A stretch of 64,000 nt of DNA from Octopus sinensis (lineage: Eukaryota): assembly GCF_006345805.1 (NCBI RefSeq), contig NC_043005.1, positions 27,528,001 to 27,592,000 of the forward strand, given 5' to 3'. Shown here piece after piece: positions 1 to 13,419 of the stretch. The translations under genes were made by a program, and so were the position numbers. Below the pieces are notes generated by a model, which ran no database searches, was not told the origin of the DNA, and was given only the letters and a program-made list of their open reading frames with translations. Numbering within the stretch: position 1 is the first letter of the stretch; each line of letters opens with the position of its first letter.

Positions 1-3000
1 GATCATGTGTGTGTGTGTATCTATATCTATATATATATATATATATTAGAAGGTTTGGGGATATATTTATATCAGTGCACTTGGAGAGAGCTTGGCACAG
101 AGATAGGAGAGCACATCGACACCTCATGATATAAGCATGTGAACAGCACCAGAATACACACATGTGCATATACTGTGTGTGTGAAAATAAATATTTAAGA
201 AGAAAGGCAAAAGCAATTAGTCTATTTTTTTTTTATCAAGGAGTGCCATCTTCCAGCAGGATTAGGCAAGGCAAGCAATAATAATGATGATGATGATGAT
301 GATAGTTTATTTTGTGTCAAAGCCCTCAACAGTTTAGGGATTGTACAAAGATGAAATACAGATTTTGTGATCAGGTAGGGTGGGAAGTGTTCTGCAGAGT
401 AAAATAAGGGTTAAATCAACACAATCAATAGACATCAATAAAATGACAAGAAAGGATCTGTAATAGGGGGTTTTAACTATCATGTAAAGCAATTTAGGGC
501 ATTCCACACTAAACTCTGGGTTACTTTGTTGGTGTCAGATGTTAAAGATGTTTAAGTGGCTTCTCACAGTTTCCTGTTGCTTGTTTATAGCCATCTGGTA
601 AGCGGTTGACCCATTATTTGACCTCAGCAATCTCATTGCTCTCACTCTCTCTATAGCTTCTTTTATTAGCCACAACCCCCCCCCCACACACACACACACA
701 CGCCACCACCACCACCACCAAACCTTGGGAGGGAATAAAAGGATGACAGAATTGAAAGCAAAAATAATAAGTAGGGGGTGGTGTTATGTTCAATAAAAGT
801 GTCAGGGTGGGGTGAAGAGAAATTACAAGCAATAAGTAACAATGGAAAGAAAGCCCAGCAATTAAAGTTCAATTAAAGTTGATTGATGGTGGGGGTGAGG
901 GGCAGCAGCTGGGTTTACAGACCACTGTATGTGTAACTTATTTTATTGACACAAGAAGATTGTAATAACACTAACAGTAGTAAAAATGATTGTTTTTATT
1001 ACAGGTACAAGGCCTGAAATTTTGGGTGGAGGGGGGGCCAGTCAATTAATTCAACTCCCCCACCACCCACCCGTGTTCAACTGGTACTTATTTCATGGAT
1101 CCCAAAAGGACAAAAGACAAAGTTGACCTCAGAATGTAAAGACCTAAGAATTTGAACTCCGAATGAAAAGATGGAGAAAAAGCTACAGAGTATTTTGTCA
1201 GGCATTCTAACAATTCTGCCAGCTTGCCACTTTAATATTTTCCTTATTGACCATCAAAGATTCACAAAAACATCAGGAATGTACAGGACAATACAAAGTG
1301 CAATTTCATAAAGGTGTGCCAGTCAGGTGGCACTGGCATCAGTGCTGCCTGACTGGCCTCCATGCTGATGGCACATAAAAAGCACCCACTACACTCACAG
1401 AGTGGTTGATGCTCAGAAAGGTATACAGCTGTAGAAACCTTACCAGATCAGATTGTAGCCTGGTGCCAGTCTTCAGTCAAACCGTCCAACCCATGCCATC
1501 ATGGAAAGCATACGTTAAATGATGATGATGAGTGAATAAAAATAAGAATAACAATATAAATTTCAACAAGAAACAAAGCCCCAAAAGAATGAGGGTTCTG
1601 AGGGTTACTTGTGAAAAATGAATAAGTCACACTGACTACTCAGGCAAGTATTTTTTCCCCCTGTGTCCACCTTCAATATACAAGCACATAGAGTGACCCA
1701 TACACTCTCTCACCCACCTTTCAAATTTGATGGCAAGCAGCACTTCCCCCCCTCTACTCTTTCCAAGTTAAACTGGAAAAACTTAATGATACAATTCTAT
1801 ATTTTTGAGATGAGGAATTATGTACATTATTTACAATGGCCATTTAAGTGCCCTCACCTTGTTTGTTACCACAAACAGCCTTCATCAGGTGTTCTGGTGG
1901 AATTTCAATCCCCAACCCTTTATTTGACTAATGGGGTACACTGTTCCCATTCCTAAGGTATGTTGCTGATGTTATTTTTCAGTTGATATTATTTTTTCAA
2001 GTTCCTGCCTGGGATTGAACTTAGAATCCAAGGTTAGTAGCTTATGCTTCTTATCCACTACACCATGGGCAATTATAGAGTTAATTTCAGGGCTTATAAA
2101 CCTAGTATTTTATCTTTTCTTAATACTGGTTCCCATATTATATTCATAACTGTGCTAGGTCTGCTTGGGAGGTTATTAAATAAAACTTAATGATAATTCT
2201 TTTTAATTTTGAACTTGGAACTTCAAGTAAGGACTGTAGTTAAAGACAGGCACATGACCCTATTTATGGTGCAGGGAGGACATATGACCAACCTGAATGG
2301 TCGCAGTTGATACTTTAGCAAATCTGGATAGATGGAGAGAAAATTTAACAAGGGTGATGTTTGAACTTAGAACGCTAAGTAACTGTCTAAGATTCTATAA
2401 TTCAGGCATCTGTGTGACATTTATCACTTGTTCTTATGTGACCCCACCCCACCCCACCGGCACACACACACACACATGCATAGAAACCCCACAAATATGG
2501 ACATGGCTGTGTGATAAGAAATTTGCTTTACAACCACATGGTTCCAGGTTCAGTCCCACTGCATGGAACCTGTTATAAAGCCCCAAGCCGATCAAATAGT
2601 TGTGAGTGTATTTGGTAAACAGAAATTAAAAGAAGCCCATTGTGTGTGTGTGACGGGGGTTGTGGGTGCAAATCTATGGGCATCTGTTTGTCCCCCATTC
2701 CAACTTGACAACTGGCATCGGTGTATTGCATCCCTGTAACCTAGAAGTTTAGCAAAACAGACCAATAGAGCAAGTACTAGGCTATGAATTAAGTCCTGGG
2801 GTTGATTTGTTTGATTAAAACTCTTCAAGGTGGTGCTCCAGTGTGGCCACAGTCAAATGATTGAAACAAGCAAAAGTATATATATATAATATATATAATA
2901 TATATAATATATATATATATATTGATACTAAATAATTAGGGTTCAGCAGAACCTTAATTATTAGTATTACTTAAGTTACCATGAAATGGTCCTTTTTCAT

Positions 3001-3077
3001 GCCGAATTCTACTAGGTGAAAATTATTGATTACTTCTTAATTAAATAATTTTACCCTTTGTTATTATTGATATATAC

Positions 3078-3117
<40 letters not shown>

Positions 3118-3454
3118 ATGTATGTGTGTGTGTATATATATATATATGGCAGGGTGTTTTTAAATGTGAAATCTTTCCTTCACCTGCTCCACCCACACCT
3201 GCGAAAGTTAAGGAAATGAGAAAAATGATTGGAGGTGGAGGATAGCAGGAGTGGTGGGATAAAAATTTGATTCAGTGAGGTGAGCATTAACTCCTACATT
3301 CTGCAGTTGTAAGCAAGCATGGAACCTAAAAGAGATTTTGGAAGGGGGCGAAATGGGGTGGGGTGCATATCCGACACGCCTTCTTGGACATTGTCAGTTA
3401 GTGACTCAATATTTTCCACCTACATTTTGTGATCACAAACCTAAACGTGTAATA

Positions 3455-3489
<35 letters not shown>

Positions 3490-3704
3490 GGAGAAAAAAA
3501 ATTAAGATAGAAAATGCTAAAATAATTTTATAAAAAACATTTCAGTACCGGTTTCCATAATTGAGACTTTTTCAACTCTAAGTATGGAAAACAAATTTTG
3601 GAAAAATTAAAAGAAAAGATTTTTTAAAAGAATATTTGCATAGTGTTCAAATACAAGTGGCATTTTCCATTTTCCTTGTTTCTGTCTGTCTCTGTCTATA
3701 TATA

Positions 3705-4080
3705 GGCGTAGGAGTGGCTGTGTGGTAAGTAGCTTGCTTACCAACCACATGGTTCTGGGTTCAGTCAGTCCCACTGTGTGACACTTTGGACAAGTGTCTT
3801 CTACCGTAGCCTCGGGCCGACCAAATTCTTGTGAGAGGATTTCGTAGACGGAAACTGAAAGAAGCCCGTCGTGTGTGTGTATGTATTTGTCCCTCACTAT
3901 TGCTTGACAACCGATGTTGGTGTGTTTACGTCCCTGTAACTGCTGTTCGGCAAAAGAGACCGAGAGAATAAGTACTACGCTCACAAAGAACAAGTCCTGA
4001 TTTAGGATTAGGATTTGTTCCACTGAAGGCGGTGCTCCAGCATGGCCGCAGTCAAATGAAACGAGTAAAAGAATAAAAGA
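3705..4080 (+). mobile_element. tRNA-derived SINE family A (CORE-like middle, internal (TA)n/(TG)n, GTAAAAGA tail)
   Basis: Head GCAGGAGTGGCTGTGTGGTAAG...GGTTCAG with A/B-box-like motifs. ACCTTGGGCAAGTG resembles the CORE domain; tail is GTAAAAGAATAAAAGA. Other copies at about 2489-2877(+), 8906-9186(-), 14035-14150(-), 18475-18862(+), 29132-29521(-), 51175-51482(+), 54000-54415(-) and 63376-63725(-). Confidence 0.9.
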
Positions 4081-4127
4081 ATATATATATATATATACAC
4101 ACACAAACACATATATATATATATATC

Positions 4128-4170
<43 letters not shown>

Positions 4171-5409
4171 GTATGTATGTTTTGTGTATATATATATGCA
4201 GAGAGAGAGAGAGAGAGGAAATAGGACGATGCTGTTGGCGTTGTATAAAAAATGTCAACAAGTCGTCATCGGGAACAACTGTAAAAGTGAACAGTTTAAA
4301 AATTAGAACTAAATAAACGCACGTGCTTTCTCGGTTCTCACACACCTACACACACCTTCATCGCCATGTTATGCGTAAAGGGATTGTCTGACAAATGTGC
4401 GTGTGTGAGAGAGAGAGAGAGAGAGAAAGAGAGTGGGTGTTTGTGTGAATGAGGGTAGATCTATGAGTAGGTGGGTGGAAGTGTGCATGTGTGTGTGTGT
4501 GATTACGCTACGTCGTGGGACATAAAGACGACGCAACATAACCAACAGCAATATAAACAAAACACACACACACACACACACACACGATAGGCTTCTCTAG
4601 TTTCCGTCTCAGAAGATGCTAATTAATTAACCCTGCGTCATGGAATCAAACGCGGAGCCGCTTCGTTGTAAGATAAGCTCCTTGATTATAATAAAGTCGT
4701 GTCTAATTAAAACAATAAGAAACCTTAAGTTTCAACCTGCAATAACAAACTATGAACGAAGTACTTCAGGAACATCGTACTCTTTCCACGTTTGTAAACA
4801 GAAGCGTAAACCAACCAACACACACACACAATCATGTATGTGTGTCACCGATTAACAACCATTGTTACTTTCTTTTTACGTTCCCGTTTTGTAAATAAAT
4901 AGCAGACTCGTGCCCCAGCATGACCACAGGCCACGGACAAGACTCACACGCCCACAAACACGTGTGTACATTAATGTGTATACATACACATATGAAAGGG
5001 GAGAACGTGCAAATTGTACGCACAACACACACACACACAGATGCGTGTGTCCGTAGCAGACAGGTTTACGAAGTCGAAGGAAGTTTTGGAATGCAGAGTC
5101 CAAGATGCAAAATTGGAAAATTAAACAGGATTTTTAACAAAAGAACTATCTTAACCATTCTTTGTCTTCTTTATATTTAGTTGTTTTTTGGGGTTTTTTT
5201 TACTATTATAGTTATTACACACATAAAACACACACGTAATAACAGCAATACTTAAGAATAAACTAAAACAAACATACAAACTTGCAAAGATAAATAATAG
5301 TAAATATATTGTATATAAATTTTAATTTATATGTATACATTATAAATAAATTTTATAGATATAGGTAAGTAAGGAGTTAATTAGTTTGACTAAAATTCCA
5401 CAAGCCGGG

Positions 5410-5687
5410 GGCAAGACTTCCATCCCCCCTCCTAAAAAAACCTCTTTTTTCTAAATATGAAGAAAAATACGGACATTATGATTCAGACAAAAATTTCTAA
5501 ACATTTCTGTAGTTACGATTAGGGGGTTAGGGTTAGTGTTGGGGAAAGAATTTGGGTGGAAGGGAGGGGGGATTTTAACAATGCCGATTTTTGACATTGT
5601 TAAAAACGGGGGTTTTTGGAAAAAAAAATTCTTAAATAAACAAATTTGGGATAAAATGTGTGTGGGGGGACAGTCAGAAGTCTTTCC
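5410..5687. mobile_element. Non-autonomous TIR element (Merlin-like MITE) with an internal TTAGGG-like tract, inserted into a SINE tail
   Basis: Termini GGCAAGACTTC / GAAGTCTTTCC. Direct repeat CAAGCCGG at 5401-5408 and 5688-5695. Removing the element restores a family A SINE tail. Confidence 0.7.
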
Positions 5688-6689
5688 CAAGCCGGTGCCG
5701 TAGCATGGCCGCAGTCTAATGATTGAAACGTGTAAAAGACTAAACACACACGCACTTTCCTCAGTCACATATCACCAACTTTATAAGGATGTTGATAATA
5801 CTTAAACAGCCGTCAAGAAAGGGACAGCAAACTTTAACTGTAAGAGAAAGGCAAGTTTGAAGGGAAAGGTAGAAACGGGTTTATTGGAGGGGAAATTTAT
5901 GCCCCTCCAGTAAAACAATTCTTTTTTTTCTTTTTCTGTCACGGTCCATTATCTCAATGTAGGAGTTAACGGATGGCCGCAGATTCGAAATCGTTTCGTA
6001 AGACTTCGTCAGAAGAAACCGGAATGAGTGAGTAAATGTGTGTGTGTAAATGAAAGAACAAACAAACAAACAAACAAACAGAAGATATGACTGTGATCTT
6101 AATTTAGTTTTTAATTAATACCCAGTAATAATGGTCTGCTGTGTATGTGTTAAAACATGTTTATGATAGCAGAGAGGAAGGGAATGAATAGTCGTAGGGT
6201 CGATTACAGCAACTGCCAACGACATAATTTTGAGGGAGCGGTTGAACGGATTACATCAGCACCAGGTATTTAGCTTACATACCCGTCTCCCCCGCCGCCA
6301 ACCCGTACCTGCGAAATTGATTTAAAGCTAAAGCACGGCGTCAATTCAGAAAGTTAAAAACTCATAACGCTGTCGTTTCTGCCAGTTTTTAGCCACGTTC
6401 AAATCCTAATTAGATACACTTTACTTTTCATCGCCAAGAGGGTCAAGCTCTGAAACGATACCCTTCCCCTCCTACTGGCTAATTTAGAAAGGGTTACTGT
6501 TTAGAGGTACTTTTGAAAGCTTCATCGAAGAAAACTTCACTTTGTTTACGGCGATACATCACCATCACCATCAACACAGCGGAGGTAAAGAATACGCACA
6601 CCACCCGTTTTCGGCGGTTAAGGTTACGTGTGCGTATTCTTTACCTTCGCCCACCAAACACGATTACAATAAAACTCGGGCCAACGAAG

Positions 6690-7070
6690 GCCTCTTCGTC
6701 GAAGCTTGAACTGCTAGAAATAGCAGCCAAGTCCCACAGATCATCCTCCACGCTGTCTTAAATAAGGAAAGGATGCTTTCATTAATATCATGTTACATAA
6801 ACCTTAAAATGGTACTATGACCATGGTTAGATTGCTTTTGACCTAAACAACAACTATTATGAACGTCACAGAAGTTAGTTCACTACCAGCACAACAGCGA
6901 AATACACTCTTTGTCGTCACCGCTAGAAATAACAGCCAAATAATCCTCAAATTATACTCGGCTCTCTTGGAAAGAGGATACACTAAACCTGGAAACAAGT
7001 CGAGATGGTCATGGTTGGAACACCCTTCTTCACAGACCAGTTTGAATTACGGTCGACCTGAGGCTAAACT
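6690..7070 (+). repeat. Two fragments of a further dispersed repeat (CTGCTAGAAATAGCAGCCAAAT... motif)
   Basis: Similar segments at about 24035-24200, 25200-25280, 43440-43515 and 43960-44050. Confidence 0.55.
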
Positions 7071-7507
7071 AATACGATACTATAATAAAGCGCAGAAAAG
7101 TTTTTAGCAGTCTGCCTCATCAGCTGTATACTTTTATGTAACATCATCTTGTACAAGTGATGTAGCAGCGTAATACTTAATGCAAAACAGCTGTGGTACG
7201 ACTCGGATACATCTGTTATACAGCTGCAAGACCAGCATAACACAATGTCATAGTACCACTGCAACACAGTTGTAACTAATACTCAGTGTAACACACCGTT
7301 GTGGTACCACCAACCTAACACAGTTGTAATACCTCTGCAGCACAACTGAGTTAGTAAACCACACAGGTGTGCTACTAATTGTTACATAACCACACACAAA
7401 GTGAAACTTACTATAATCGTACGCTCTGGACAGGTATACATATCTTGTTGACGTATTAGCGTGCATGTGAAAAGTTTTAAGCATGTAACTGCGTGTATGT
7501 GTATATA

Positions 7508-7701
7508 TTCTTTTGTTTTGTTTGTCAAATGACTGCGGCCACGCTGGAGCACCGCTTTTTGTCGAACAAATCGACCCCCAAGACTTATTCTTCGTAAACG
7601 TAGTACTTATTCTATCGATCTATTTTGCCAAACCGCTAAGTTACGGGGACGTAAACACAGCAGCATCGATTGTCAAGCGATAGTAGTAGGGACAAACACA
7701 G

Positions 7702-7746
<45 letters not shown>

Positions 7747-8127
7747 CAACAATTGAGGGCAAAATTAATTAATTATTAATCAATTTCACCAAGTGTTCAG
7801 TATGCAAAGGGACCATTCAAGGCGAATTCAAATTATTACATTATATAAAAGGGCTTAGTAAAATAAATTACTTTGCCGCATACTGAACTCATTAGAATAG
7901 CAGCTAAAAAACTTTTTTAAAGCTATTTCTAATACTTAAAGAAAATCTCTCTCATATATAGTGTTTGCTTAATTCAACTCACAAAACTTTTGTGAGTTGA
8001 ATTAAGCAAACACTATATATGAGAGAGATTTTCTTTAAGTATTAGAAATAGCTTTAAAAAAGTTTTTTAGCTGCTATTTCTAATGAGTTCAGTATGCGGC
8101 AAAGTAATTTATTTTACTAAGCCCTTT

Positions 8128-8169
<42 letters not shown>

Positions 8170-8340
8170 TATATATACGACGGGCTTCTTTCAGTTTCCG
8201 TCTACAAAATCCATTCACAAGCTTTGGTCGGCCCGAGGCTATAGTAGAAGACTCTTGCCCAAAGTGCCACACAGTGGGACTGAACCCGGGTTGGTAAGTC
8301 CCATGTGGTTGGCAAGCAAGCTACTTACTACACAGCCACC
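7508..8340 (-). mobile_element. SINE family A copy split by an insertion in its internal (TA)n tract
   Basis: The 3' half (7508-7710) and 5' half (8178-8340) match family A. Between them lie (TA)n and a foreign ~400-bp segment (7741-8135) containing a perfect palindrome. Confidence 0.85.
7840..8135. repeat. Near-perfect 296-bp palindrome with a 1-nt spacer
   Basis: Arms 7840-7986 and 7988-8135 are reverse complements with a single 1-bp indel; the centre is ACAAAA-C-TTTTGT. Confidence 0.95.
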
Positions 8341-8849
8341 ACTTCAAAACAATTTCGACAAATACTTAAGTATGCGGTACTTTCACATAAATACCTAGAA
8401 TTGTTTTACTATTTCGTTTTCCTTATAGACTCTCTTAGATTCTTTTCTGGAAAACGTATTCTCGGTGAATTCCTTTAAAAAAAATAGTTACATTTCAGCA
8501 TAAATTCTAAATAAATTGTAAATAGATAAAAATCTGTTTAATATTCATCGATTTAGCCTGGCTGTTAAAAATCTTCCTATTCTAAATACAGCACACGCTG
8601 TTCCTGTACTCACACAGCAGATGAGTGTAAGACAATGTATGTGCGTGTATGGGTGTGTGTGTGCGTCGGGCGTGTGCACGCGCGAACAGAAAAAGTACTT
8701 TTAACAGTCACCTATATCGCAATGTATGAACGTAATGAGTAATGAGATAGGCTTCGGTTTCATTCATTAAAGCGCTATCATTTTAATTACAACTTAACAA
8801 CTGGCGAGGTGTACACATTATATATATCATATAATGGTGGTGCTCCAGC

Positions 8850-8886
<37 letters not shown>

Positions 8887-9390
8887 GGATATATATATAT
8901 ATGTATACTCTTTATTTGTTTCAGTCATTTGACTGTAGCCATGCTGGAGCACCGCCTTTAGTCGAGCAAATCGACCCCAGGACTTATTCGGTCTCTTTCG
9001 CCGAACCGCTAAGTTACGGGGACGTAAACACACCAGCATTGGTTGTCACTTTGACAAACACAGACACAGAACACACTTACAAGGCTTTGGTCAGCCCAAG
9101 GCTATGGAAGACACTTGCCCAAGGTGCCACGAGTGGGACTGAACCCGGAACCATGTGATTCGTAAGCAAGCTACTTACCACACAGGCATTTCAATATGTA
9201 TATATGTAAATATATATATATATGTATAAATATATATATATTTATATGTATGTATGTGTATGTATAAATATATATATATTTATATGTATGTATGTATATA
9301 TATATATGTATATATGTATATATTTATATGTATGCATCTATGTATTTATGTACATGTATGCATCTATAGATTTATGTATGTATGTGTGTG

Positions 9391-9421
<31 letters not shown>

Positions 9422-9949
9422 GTGTGTATATGTATGTATGTGTGTGTATATATATATATGTGTGTGTATATCATATATTTATGTATATATTTATATGTAT
9501 GCATCTACAGATCTATGTATGTGTGTGTGTGTGTACGTATATATACATATACTTTTGTTTTTTTATATTCGTCCCTTTTGCTGTCCTGGTGTTCGTATGC
9601 ATTCGATCCTTCTTCCAGGAAATCTACGCTCCCAGCTTAGTTTTTCTAATGCTCGTTGCTTAGTTTTTCTTGGAGGGCTGGCCGTGATCTAGTAATCTCA
9701 AGATTAATCAGCCGAAATTACTACGATGATCCGGTTCTTGACTGAAGACTGAGGGTTTCGAATGTCCTGTCCGTGTTTATTGTATCGTCTTCTAAGAGTT
9801 ATACGTTCTTGTCCATGTTGTATTCTTCTACATACCTTTACATATATATATATGTATATATCTATATTTATGCGTGTGTGTGTATATATATAATGTTACA
9901 TCTCTTAGGTACGTAGTGTTGACAATGAAATGATATTTATGAGGGAGAG

Positions 9950-10569
9950 AAAGTGGAAGAATGTGAATAGAGAGGAAGAGGAGGGGGAGAAGGAGGGAGG
10001 GGACGAGGAAACGTGAATCAACGACAGATCCACGCATGTAAATGGTAGTCGTGGTGGCGGCGGCGGTGGTGGCGGAACGAGACGCGCGTGAGAGCGCGTG
10101 TGCGCGAGTATGACATGTATATTGAATGAATTTGACACACTCACACAGATACAAGATAAAAATATAGAGAACTTAAACGAAAGGCTAGCTTACATAATTG
10201 CATGTGCACACACACACACACACATGTGTGTGTGTGTCTGTATGTGTGTAAAATACACACACACACACAATACAAATAGGAAACTTTAAGCTACACCCCC
10301 CTCACCCAACCCACACACTCCAGTACTGAAAAAAAATCTTTGTGAGGGGGGGGGGAAGAGCGGAGTAAAGAAACTATAAAGCGAAAACTTGAAAGAAAAG
10401 AAATTGCGTGAGTGTATATTTATAGTTCACAGTATAGGTGAAAATAAATTTGCGTATGTGCTTATGCAGTGTGTGTATGTATATAGACAGGTCTGCGCGC
10501 GCGCGTGTGTACGTAAATATACATTCACAAATGTGTGCGTGCGTGAATATAGATAGACACACGCCAGCG

Positions 10570-10603
<34 letters not shown>

Positions 10604-11432
10604 CAAACAGAGAGATATATAGTTACGTATATATATATAACATGCATATATATATAAAACGCACACACTCAGTACATAGACATTATATATACACAGGCAC
10701 ATACACACACACATGCCTTCAAACTTTTGTACAAGATAAGGAGTAACAGTGAAACCATAGACATACTTTCATATACCTGTGTGTGTGTGTGTGTGTTTTA
10801 TAGTGAACATGCAAATAACTTAGAGACCATAACAACGAAACGGTCTTGTAATTAATTAGCCACAAGGGCGACACATTACGCTACATGGAGAGATTACGAA
10901 AAAACGGACGTACTTAACATAGATTCGGTTACGAGTTAACGAAAGAAAAAAACCAAACTTTATACCAAACAATAAGTCACACAGAGACATACATACACCA
11001 TTTAATAAAAATTAACAAAGTTTTTGGGGGTTTTTTTTATCGGCCACAAAAGGGTAATTAAGAAAGATCTTCAACTGACGGGGAAACCTGACGCAAAAGA
11101 ACAGCCAATATACAAAAATATATACACCTAATATTCAATAAAACAATACGGTAAAGCAAACACACATACGAGCGCGCGTATCTACACACGCAAGAGTGTA
11201 CGTATTTGAACTAAGAGACAGTATAGAAGTTAATAACGATCAGTAATAATAATAATAAATACTAATAATAGGTCACTCACCTTTTTACTCATGTCGCAGT
11301 CTGTGAAGTGATACGGTAAATATCAAGAATTGGCGACATGTACAGACAATAATAGCTGGGCCAGTTCCTATGAGGTCCTCCTCAAGACGTAGATTGGGGT
11401 ACGTGTATGTGTGTGAGAGTGTGTATATATAT

Positions 11433-11514
<82 letters not shown>

Positions 11515-11660
11515 TGCAGGGTAGCTTTCTGGCTATGTAGATGTGGATTTGTGATAATGATGATGATGATAAACAGGAATAGAAACTTCTTTCGTAGATG
11601 TTTTTGTGTAATAATTACTTCTCCAGAATCAGATATAGCTTTGACCGTACATTATATACG

Positions 11661-11711
<51 letters not shown>

Positions 11712-12640
11712 AGACAGTGTGTGTGTGAATGTGCGAAGAAATGAAACAACGAAGACGTTACTAATAAAGGAAGAGGTAGATTTCGAAACAGGAATGGAAA
11801 CAAAATACAGTTTTGATATAATCAAATCTGTTGTATATGTCGATGTATAATATATGGCTTGGGTTCAAAGATAGACGAACGGATAGTTAACATAGGTAAT
11901 ACGATGGGATGTGCGTGTGGAGAGACAGACAGATAGATAGATGCATGGATGGATTGACGGATGTTAACGAAGCATGTGTGTATGTGTGTGTGTAACGTAT
12001 ATTTTTTGCGCCGTTCACTCGGGCCTTTAACCTTTCAAAGACTTCATAAATAGGAGTGCCTGGCTGCAATTCGTTATTAAAAGTTGCTGTGGTTGTTGTA
12101 TACAAATGTTATCTCTGTGTGTACAATATACATATAGTGTGTGTGTGTGTTTGTGTTGGTGAGGTTATATATATATATATAAATTTGTGTATATACTTAT
12201 ATATATGTATACACACAATATATATATATATATAAGTATATATATACTGAAACAACAATCCAGCAATAGAATTCTCGAGCTGTGCACTTTCACCAGCAAA
12301 ACAACATTTAGTAAATAAAAACGACCCCGGCTGAAGGTGGTGACGAGGGCGGAGGAGGAGAAGATGAAGGGGAGGAGCAGCAGCGAGCGGGAGATGAAGG
12401 AGGAGGAGGAGCAACAACGGCGACGGGTGGCGAAGGAGGAGGAGGAGGTGCTGCGAATAAGTGAACGGGAGGAGACATCGTAGAATTAGAAGGAGGAGGA
12501 GGAATCGCGTAAAGAGAAGGGGAGGCTATTACGAAATAACATAAAATGAATGTAAACATATAAATAATAACAAAAAAAAAAAATTTCTTGTGAACGAAAC
12601 AAAACAAGAGAAGTCATCAATGAACGGTGTTTCAAGATGT
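9950..12640. promoter_or_regulatory. CpG-retaining, promoter/5'UTR-like unique region
   Basis: Dense CpG (GACGCGCGTGAGAGCGCGTGTGCGCG, GGCGGCGGCGG) and GGA/TCC-rich tracts, unlike the CpG-depleted 14-33 kb block. Confidence 0.35.
11281..11292 (-). CDS. Candidate start-codon micro-exon (MSKK) of an unidentified gene
   Basis: Minus strand reads TCACTTCACAG|ACTGCGAC-ATG AGT AAA AAG|GTGAGT: acceptor, ATG and consensus donor (phase 0) in a CpG-rich unique region. No downstream exon was identified. Confidence 0.3.
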
Positions 12641-12723
12641 GTAGAAATCGTAAGAACACACACACACAAATAATATGCGGGAAAAATGCATAGGGAAAAA
12701 TATTTATAGTACTTTTAATTGTA

Positions 12724-12764
<41 letters not shown>

Positions 12765-12980
12765 GCACACACACCCATGCTTATCTATATAACTGGACAC
12801 CTTGATATATTCAAATATATTCACGAATACAAGTAAATATGCAATCTTGTATATTGCTATATATTGTATGCATATGTGTGTGTATGTGCACTGTTAGTGT
12901 ATATTTTTACATATATAAATGCAACAATATTTTATATACATACACACACACACAACACACACACACACATATATATATAT

Positions 12981-13021
<41 letters not shown>

Positions 13022-13419
13022 CACACACATATATATATATATAGATATACATATATACACGCGCGCGCAGATAGGTAAGCATACATACGTACATAGAAAT
13101 GTATAGATTTACATTCACATATATATATATTTATATATTTATATACACACATGTATACATATCTATACATTCATATTTATACACACATACAAATATATGC
13201 AGCGTGATCTATCTATCTATCTATATATATATCTATATATATATATATATATATAGCTGTTTGTTCTTCCTACTTGTGCAGAGTCGCTCAAACTTTTATA
13301 AGGAGCGGGTTACACCGGAGTAAACACATAAATGTGAAACAAGGTGGAAAAAAAGAGTACTCAAATACCAGTGGTAGAGTAATATGGTTTATTTAAAGCA
13401 GCAGAAAATTCAACAAAAT

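Noticed and set aside
3607-4110. 167-aa ORF and similar ORFs containing EDTCPRCHAVGLNP
   Set aside because: They are antisense readings of SINE family A.
9222-9692. Long ORFs rich in Y/I/C/V/M/H/T (also 15808-16128, 49098-49390, 51885-52259, 57142-57968, 59502-59913)
   Set aside because: They are translations of (TA)n, (TG)n, (CA)n and (TATG)n microsatellites, not genes.
9690-9770. Possible type II hammerhead (CAGCCGAAAU...AUC...CUGAAGA)
   Set aside because: Stem I and stem II do not pair convincingly.
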